From the IMG/VR virus record IMGVR_UViG_3300031519_011019, positions 1-29,541 of that record: a stretch of DNA of 29,541 bases, one strand, 5' to 3'. Shown here one piece after another: positions 24,291 through 29,541 of the stretch. The DNA comes from a virus. Its lineage: Duplodnaviria; Caudoviricetes. Position 1 is the stretch's first letter, and the number at the start of each line of letters is the position of its first letter. Under the pieces are notes generated by a model. It was not told where the DNA came from. It saw only the letters and a list, made by a program, of their open reading frames with translations, and searched no databases. The translations under genes and the position numbers were made by a program.

Positions 24291-25336
24291 AACGTGCCGT
24301 AATTACTGGAGTTACTGGACAAGACGGTTCACACCTCGCCGACCTTCTCTTACACAAGGGATATTCGGTTACGGGAGTAAAACGCCGCTCCAGCACCGAA
24401 ACCACCGAACGTGTGGCCCACCTCGCCTCCAACGAGGATTTTCACTTAGTAGAGGGTGACGTAACCGACATCAGCAGTATGTCCGGCATCTTCATGAAAA
24501 CCCAGCCCGATGAAATATATAATTTAGCCGCCCAATCCCACGTTGGCACTTCCTTCAAGCAACCTGCCGCCACCATGGAAATCACCGGTACAGCCGTCAT
24601 CAACATGCTCCAGATTCTCGTCGATCATGGCATGTGGAACACGCGGTTCTATCAGGCATCTTCCTCGGAGATGTTCGGCAGCAACTACGACGTCGCCACC
24701 GATGGCAGCAAGTATCAGAATGAGGACACGCCCCTCACCCCAAATTCCCCCTACGCCATCGCCAAGACTGCCGCCCATCACGCAGTGCGATTATATAGAC
24801 AGAGTTATGACATCCACGCCAGTGCCGGTATATTATTTAACCACGAAGGCCCAAGACGAGGTGATAATTTTGTTACTAAAAAGATAACCAACTATATTAC
24901 ATCCCTATCATCATGGATAAAAACATATTACGTTGATCAGTCAAATCTTCTTTATAATGCTCAACAGAGAAAGATAACTGATATCAAGACCGGACTTTCT
25001 CACGATATGCTCGGACTGGGCAATTTAGAAGCCTTTAGAGACTGGGGATACGCGGGAGACTATGTTGAGGCGATGTGGATGATGCTCCAGCAGGAGTACC
25101 CGGATGACTACGTGGTATGTACGGGCAAGACGGCGACTATTACGGAATTCTTGGCTCTGGCTTTTAGTGAGTCGGAGATACTTGAGATGGACTGGTCAAG
25201 GGTTGTTTATATTAATCCAGAATTTTACAGACCCACAGAGGTTAATTATTTAAGAGGCGACTACTCGAAAATAAAATATAAACTTGGGTGGGAACCTTCA
25301 CACAATTTAAAAGATTTAGTGAGATTGATGTTATGA
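24287..25336 (+). CDS. gmd: GDP-mannose 4,6-dehydratase
   Basis: ITGVTGQDGS, YNLAAQSHV, FYQASSSEMFG, SPYAIAK, GILFNHE, RDWGYAGDYVEAMW and RPTEV motifs. Confidence 0.97.
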   Translation: MKRAVITGVTGQDGSHLADLLLHKGYSVTGVKRRSSTETTERVAHLASNEDFHLVEGDVTDISSMSGIFMKTQPDEIYNLAAQSHVGTSFKQPAATMEITGTAVINMLQILVDHGMWNTRFYQASSSEMFGSNYDVATDGSKYQNEDTPLTPNSPYAIAKTAAHHAVRLYRQSYDIHASAGILFNHEGPRRGDNFVTKKITNYITSLSSWIKTYYVDQSNLLYNAQQRKITDIKTGLSHDMLGLGNLEAFRDWGYAGDYVEAMWMMLQQEYPDDYVVCTGKTATITEFLALAFSESEILEMDWSRVVYINPEFYRPTEVNYLRGDYSKIKYKLGWEPSHNLKDLVRLML

Positions 25337-25587
25337 TTAATTATAAAGTTGATGTAGACATTTCTGATTTTTACCACATTGTTAAGACAAAGAAGTGGAA
25401 ATTAGGAAATTACAACAAGCATTTCTGCACAATATTTGTAGAGGGCAAAGACCCTGATGACGCTGCTGGTCAAGTTTTACATAATTTAATTAATATAATA
25501 ATGGATCAAGCTGACGATGTAGATGCGTATCTGTCGTGTCGCAGGCTTCGGAGATACATGAGAATATTAAGAATCAGGTCAGAATAA
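25333..25587 (+). CDS. Hypothetical protein (84 aa)
   Basis: ATGA overlap with gmd. Confidence 0.65.
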   Translation: MINYKVDVDISDFYHIVKTKKWKLGNYNKHFCTIFVEGKDPDDAAGQVLHNLINIIMDQADDVDAYLSCRRLRRYMRILRIRSE

Positions 25588-25860
25588 ATGAGAAAAAGAA
25601 ATTACAATGACGAGGCTTACTCTGAGTTTAGACGTGCAGTTCTAAAAAGAGACGGAAGAAAATGTCAGATGCCGGATTGCGGGTCTAAGAAAAAATTGAA
25701 TGTTCATCATATTAGAAGGTGGGCTGATGCCGCTTCTTTGAGATTTGAACCGAATAACGGAATAACGCTGTGTCATTACTGCCACAAATCAATATCGGGA
25801 CAAGAATTACATTATGAACCTTTGTTCATGGAGATTATCAATGCCAAAAAAACAAATTAA
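25588..25860 (+). CDS. HNH endonuclease (packaging-associated type)
   Basis: VLKRDGRKCQMPDCG...VHHI...NGITLCHYCH. Confidence 0.9.
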   Translation: MRKRNYNDEAYSEFRRAVLKRDGRKCQMPDCGSKKKLNVHHIRRWADAASLRFEPNNGITLCHYCHKSISGQELHYEPLFMEIINAKKTN

Positions 25861-26347
25861 TTATAAAGTAATAAAAGATACGCGAGAGCAAGAAGGCTGG
25901 TTTTTCAGACCCTTTGATAACTGTTCTGGCATGATAAATAAGAAGTTAGATACTGGTGATTATTCTATAGTAGGGTTAGAAGATAAAATATGTATTGAAC
26001 GTAAAGGCTGCGTTGAGGAGTTGGCTTTGAACCTAGGATCGGGAAAAGCTAGATTTTTACGAGAAATTGAGAGGATGTCGGATTTTCCACATAAGTTTAT
26101 AATTTGTGAATTTACTGCCGAGGACTTAATTAAGTTTCCGAAATCAACTCGTATACCAATAAAAAATAAAGCATCAGTCAAAATGACTGGACGATATATG
26201 CTCAAGATGTTAGTGGAATTTCAGTTATATCACGATGTGAATATTGTATTTGCGGGTGATAGATATAATGCATTCCTATTCGTCAGCAGCATTTTTAAAC
26301 GAATCAACGAACGCTATGGAAAGCCCGAGGACAACATCGATGAATAA
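25841..26347 (+). CDS. ERCC4/XPF-type nuclease domain protein
   Basis: IKDTREQ...LDTGDYSI...ICIERKG...RFLREIERM. Confidence 0.85.
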   Translation: MPKKQINYKVIKDTREQEGWFFRPFDNCSGMINKKLDTGDYSIVGLEDKICIERKGCVEELALNLGSGKARFLREIERMSDFPHKFIICEFTAEDLIKFPKSTRIPIKNKASVKMTGRYMLKMLVEFQLYHDVNIVFAGDRYNAFLFVSSIFKRINERYGKPEDNIDE

Positions 26348-26984
26348 AGAAAAAGAAGACAACAGTCAATTCCTACATGACTTTCATAACTATGCTGCCT
26401 CTACTGAGACTCGTGAAATATTTTTACACAACTATTACGACAATAATGCTGAGGAGAATCCGGGTGTTGAATATCGTATGTCAGTGAATTTCATAAAAAA
26501 CTTACGAGCATTGGACCTTACGAACAATGACGAGATTTTGATTCATATGCATAGCGTCGGCGGAGAATGGACCGATGGAATGGCTATCTTTGACGCGATT
26601 AGAATGTGCAAATCAAAAGTCACTATTATAGCATACGGTCAGGCTGAGAGTATGAGCAGTATTATACTTCAGTCTGCCAATAAGCGACTGTTGACGCCAA
26701 ATACATACTTCATGTCTCACTTCGGATCGTCAGGTGCTGGAGGTGGATATCTTGACGTGCAAAATTGGATGAAGTACGAAAAACGAATCTGTGATATGAT
26801 GTTGAACATATATTCAGAACGATGTAAGAAGGGGAAATACTTTACGGAGAAATACGGTAGAACTCCAGATATGGAAAAGATTAAGACATTTTTATATAGA
26901 AAACTTAAATCTGGCGATTGGTATATAGACGCTGAAGAAGCCGTCTATTACGGTTTCGCAGATAGAATGATTAAGAGTTGGTAA
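26340..26984 (+). CDS. ClpP-like serine protease
   Basis: HSVGGEWTDGMAIFDAI, GQAESMSSII (Ser), FMSH (His) and GDWYIDAEEAVYYGFAD (Asp). Confidence 0.9.
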   Translation: MNKEKEDNSQFLHDFHNYAASTETREIFLHNYYDNNAEENPGVEYRMSVNFIKNLRALDLTNNDEILIHMHSVGGEWTDGMAIFDAIRMCKSKVTIIAYGQAESMSSIILQSANKRLLTPNTYFMSHFGSSGAGGGYLDVQNWMKYEKRICDMMLNIYSERCKKGKYFTEKYGRTPDMEKIKTFLYRKLKSGDWYIDAEEAVYYGFADRMIKSW

Positions 26985-26985
26985 C

Positions 26986-28980
26986 ATGGCTAAACACAAA
27001 GATAACCTGAAAACAATAGAAGAAGCTTGGCTTGGTCTTGACGATGTAGAAGCAGATTTCTTCAACCCTATGTCCTTACTGTATGGTGCTGAAGACGATT
27101 ATCATCTTAGACTGACATATCTTATGATGAGGCCCGAGTATTTATCTTTTATTACGAAGCACTTATTAAACATTAATATATTACCTTCTCAGGCTCTTAT
27201 CTTAAAAGAGATGTGGGAACGTAAATTCCCTATGTTGATTGCAAGTCGTGGATTTGGTAAATCTTTTTCTTTGTCTTTATATGCTATATTGAGAGCTTTG
27301 CTACTACCTAAGCGAAAAGTGGTCGTAGTCGGTGCTGCTTTTAGGCAGTCGAAAGTCCTCTTCGAATACATGGAAACAATTTGGCGTAATTCCCCTTTGT
27401 TGCGTGACGTATGCGACGCGAATAGTGGTCCAAGGAGAGATACTGACAGATGCACCATGAGGCTTAACGACAGTACTATTACCTGTTTACCTCTTGGTGA
27501 TGGACAGAAAATTAGAGGTCAACGTGCTAATGACATCATTGCTGATGAATTTGCATCCATACCTAGAGATATTTTTGAGAACGTAGTAGCAGGTTTTGCC
27601 GCCGTAAGTTCAGACCCTATTGAGAATGTAAAAAGGGCTGCCGCTGCGAATAAAGCTACGGAGCTAGGATTAACTTACAATTCAGAACACCATAAAGACG
27701 AAAGCAAGAAAGACAATCAAATTATCCTGTCTGGCACGGCATACTATGACTTTAACCATTTCGCTACTTACTGGAAAAAATGGAAGTCAATCATAGATAG
27801 TGAGGGACGTCCTGAGAGATTAAGAGACATCTTTAAGGGGGACGATCCACCAGAAACCTTTGACTGGACACAATACTCTATCCTTCGTATTCCATATGAA
27901 CTTCTTCCGAAGGGCTTTATGGATGCAGATCAGGTAGCACGATCTAAGGCCACCGTACATGCTGGTATCTATCAGATGGAGTATGGTGCTTGCTTCACCA
28001 GAGACTCTCAAGGGTTTTTCAAGCGGTCGCTCATTGAGTCTTGCGTTACTAATGACCAGAATCCAATTAAGGACGGTCAAGGTAATGATATTATGTTTGA
28101 ACCACAGCTAATGGGTAATCCAGATAAAAAATATATATATGGTATTGACCCTGCATCTGAAGTAGATAATTTTAGTATTGTAGTATTAGAAGTAGCACCA
28201 GATCATCGTAGAATTGTACACGTCTGGACAACAACCAGATCAGAGCATAAAGATCGTGTCAAACGTGGTCTTGCATCTGAGTCTGACTTTTACGCTTACT
28301 GCGGTAGAAAAATTAGGGAACTGATGAAGCTGTTCCCGTGCATCCATATCGCAATCGACAAACAGGGTGGTGGTATAGCTGTAACAGAATCTCTGCATGA
28401 TCCTGATAAGATCAAAGATGGCGAACAGCCTCTATGGGAAGTCATTGATGAAAACAAAGAAAAGGACACCGATGATTATGCAGGACTACACATCATTGAG
28501 ATGTGCCAGTTCGCAAAATATGAGTGGCTCGCTGGTGCTAATCACGGGATCAGAAAAGACTTTGAAGATAAAGTTCTGATATTCCCGCACTTTGACGCTA
28601 TATCCCTCGGTCTTTCATCGGAACAAGATGCTGGTAAAGGACGTATAGTCGATACCTTAGAAGACTGTGTAATGGAAATAGAAGAACTCAAAGATGAATT
28701 AGCGATGATTCAAATGACTCAGACTGCTGCTGGACGAGATAGATGGGATACTCCAGAAGTCATCGTAGGCACAGGAAGAAAATCCAAGATGAGGAAAGAT
28801 AGATATTCTGCATTGATCATGGCGAACATGGCAGCTAGAATACTGCAAAGGACTCCTGAACAAGAAGACTATGAATTTTACGGTGGATTCGCTAGTGGTG
28901 GATTCAAACCCAAGAATGCAGACCATAATATGTTCTCTGGACCCGCTTGGTTTAAAGATAATATGAAAGACGTGTATTAA
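26986..28980 (+). CDS. terL: Terminase large subunit
   Basis: Walker A ASRGFGKS, IRGQRA, Walker B IIADEF, nuclease YGIDPA, IAIDKQGGG and C-terminal KDRYSA. Confidence 0.92.
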   Translation: MAKHKDNLKTIEEAWLGLDDVEADFFNPMSLLYGAEDDYHLRLTYLMMRPEYLSFITKHLLNINILPSQALILKEMWERKFPMLIASRGFGKSFSLSLYAILRALLLPKRKVVVVGAAFRQSKVLFEYMETIWRNSPLLRDVCDANSGPRRDTDRCTMRLNDSTITCLPLGDGQKIRGQRANDIIADEFASIPRDIFENVVAGFAAVSSDPIENVKRAAAANKATELGLTYNSEHHKDESKKDNQIILSGTAYYDFNHFATYWKKWKSIIDSEGRPERLRDIFKGDDPPETFDWTQYSILRIPYELLPKGFMDADQVARSKATVHAGIYQMEYGACFTRDSQGFFKRSLIESCVTNDQNPIKDGQGNDIMFEPQLMGNPDKKYIYGIDPASEVDNFSIVVLEVAPDHRRIVHVWTTTRSEHKDRVKRGLASESDFYAYCGRKIRELMKLFPCIHIAIDKQGGGIAVTESLHDPDKIKDGEQPLWEVIDENKEKDTDDYAGLHIIEMCQFAKYEWLAGANHGIRKDFEDKVLIFPHFDAISLGLSSEQDAGKGRIVDTLEDCVMEIEELKDELAMIQMTQTAAGRDRWDTPEVIVGTGRKSKMRKDRYSALIMANMAARILQRTPEQEDYEFYGGFASGGFKPKNADHNMFSGPAWFKDNMKDVY

Positions 28981-28989
28981 TTAATAGGA

Positions 28990-29010
28990 CAATCCAATTA
29001 CAATCCAATT
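28990..29010 (+). repeat. Tandem CAATCCAATT x2
   Basis: Exact 10-mers at 28990 and 29001 between terL and the next gene. Confidence 0.8.
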
Positions 29011-29025
29011 GAAGGTTTTAGGCAT

Positions 29026-29541
29026 ATGAGCGAACAATTTACTACTTGGAACGACGGCGATGATAAAAGTAAAGCGAATGCAATGTCGCAACACTCTGAA
29101 AATGTTGAGGCATACACAGGAGTTAAAAAATCGTCCGCTGGATATCAGCAGACTTTCATAGGAGTACAGCCAAATACTTCAATTCGACCAGAATTCGGAA
29201 GAGATGACTACTACGCCTTCAGGCCTAGCGAAAGACCCTCTAACGATTATCGAAAAGCCATCACTCAGTGTTTGTCCGCATATGATAGAGTCGGAATCAT
29301 TCGGAATGTAATCGACCTCATGGGCGACTTTGGAAGTCAGGGCATTGAGGTTGTTCATCAGAGTAGAAGTGCCGACAGATTCTTTAAGCAGTGGTTTAAG
29401 AGCGTCAATGGCAAGGAGCGGTCTGAGCGTTTTCTCAATAATCTATATAAGACTGGCAATGTGGTAGTTTATCGTAGCTATGCTGACATAACGCCTAAAC
29501 TAGAAACATACATGAAATCAGTCTCACAAGATATAACAGTA
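29026..29541 (+). CDS. Probable portal protein, truncated by the window end
   Basis: Open frame to the end; AYDRVGIIRNVIDLMGDF...NLYKTGNVVVY resembles portal N-terminal helices; directly follows terL. Confidence 0.7.
   Translation, partial: MSEQFTTWNDGDDKSKANAMSQHSENVEAYTGVKKSSAGYQQTFIGVQPNTSIRPEFGRDDYYAFRPSERPSNDYRKAITQCLSAYDRVGIIRNVIDLMGDFGSQGIEVVHQSRSADRFFKQWFKSVNGKERSERFLNNLYKTGNVVVYRSYADITPKLETYMKSVSQDITV

Noticed and set aside
21972-28926. Minus-strand and out-of-frame ORFs in the late operon (e.g. 24524-24781, 24543-24887, 27189-27458)
   Set aside because: They overlap strongly supported genes; those in gmd are explained by the local C-rich codon bias
1-29541. Stop-codon reassignment
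   Set aside because: Conserved genes (gmd, terL, ClpP-like) are intact in the standard code, and TAA, TGA and TAG all end plausible genes

Overview
This window is part of a large tailed dsDNA phage (Caudoviricetes-like) genome with two divergent halves. From 1 to about 21 kb is a mostly minus-strand accessory or early region of more than 60 short ORFs. Recognisable ones are a T4 endonuclease V-like pyrimidine-dimer glycosylase, two HNH proteins, a PD-(D/E)XK-like nuclease, a DUF932-like protein, a Gp88-like protein, Zn-ribbon proteins and many tiny membrane peptides. They sit in small cassettes behind about 30 near-consensus sigma70 promoters. From 21.3 kb to the end is a plus-strand operon: sigma-like factor, probable small terminase, sulfotransferase, GDP-mannose 4,6-dehydratase, HNH, ERCC4-type nuclease, ClpP-like protease, large terminase and the start of a probable portal. 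The most unusual signals are non-coding. (1) A promoter-driven 112-nt tRNA-like RNA ending in CCA but lacking a D-arm (14946-15057), followed by a second structured RNA with a double-T-loop-like hairpin. (2) A third ~270-nt structured RNA (12090-12365) carrying a similar hairpin. (3) A promoter-driven triple repeat (8169-8327). (4) A GGACAC box fused to many -35 elements. (5) A strongly over-represented GGGCGA motif. (6) A diverged ~75-bp duplication flanking a mini-HNH gene. (7) A C-to-G synonymous-codon switch inside gmd. All family assignments come from motif recognition and all RNA folds were done by eye. No searches were run and the host cannot be determined from this window.
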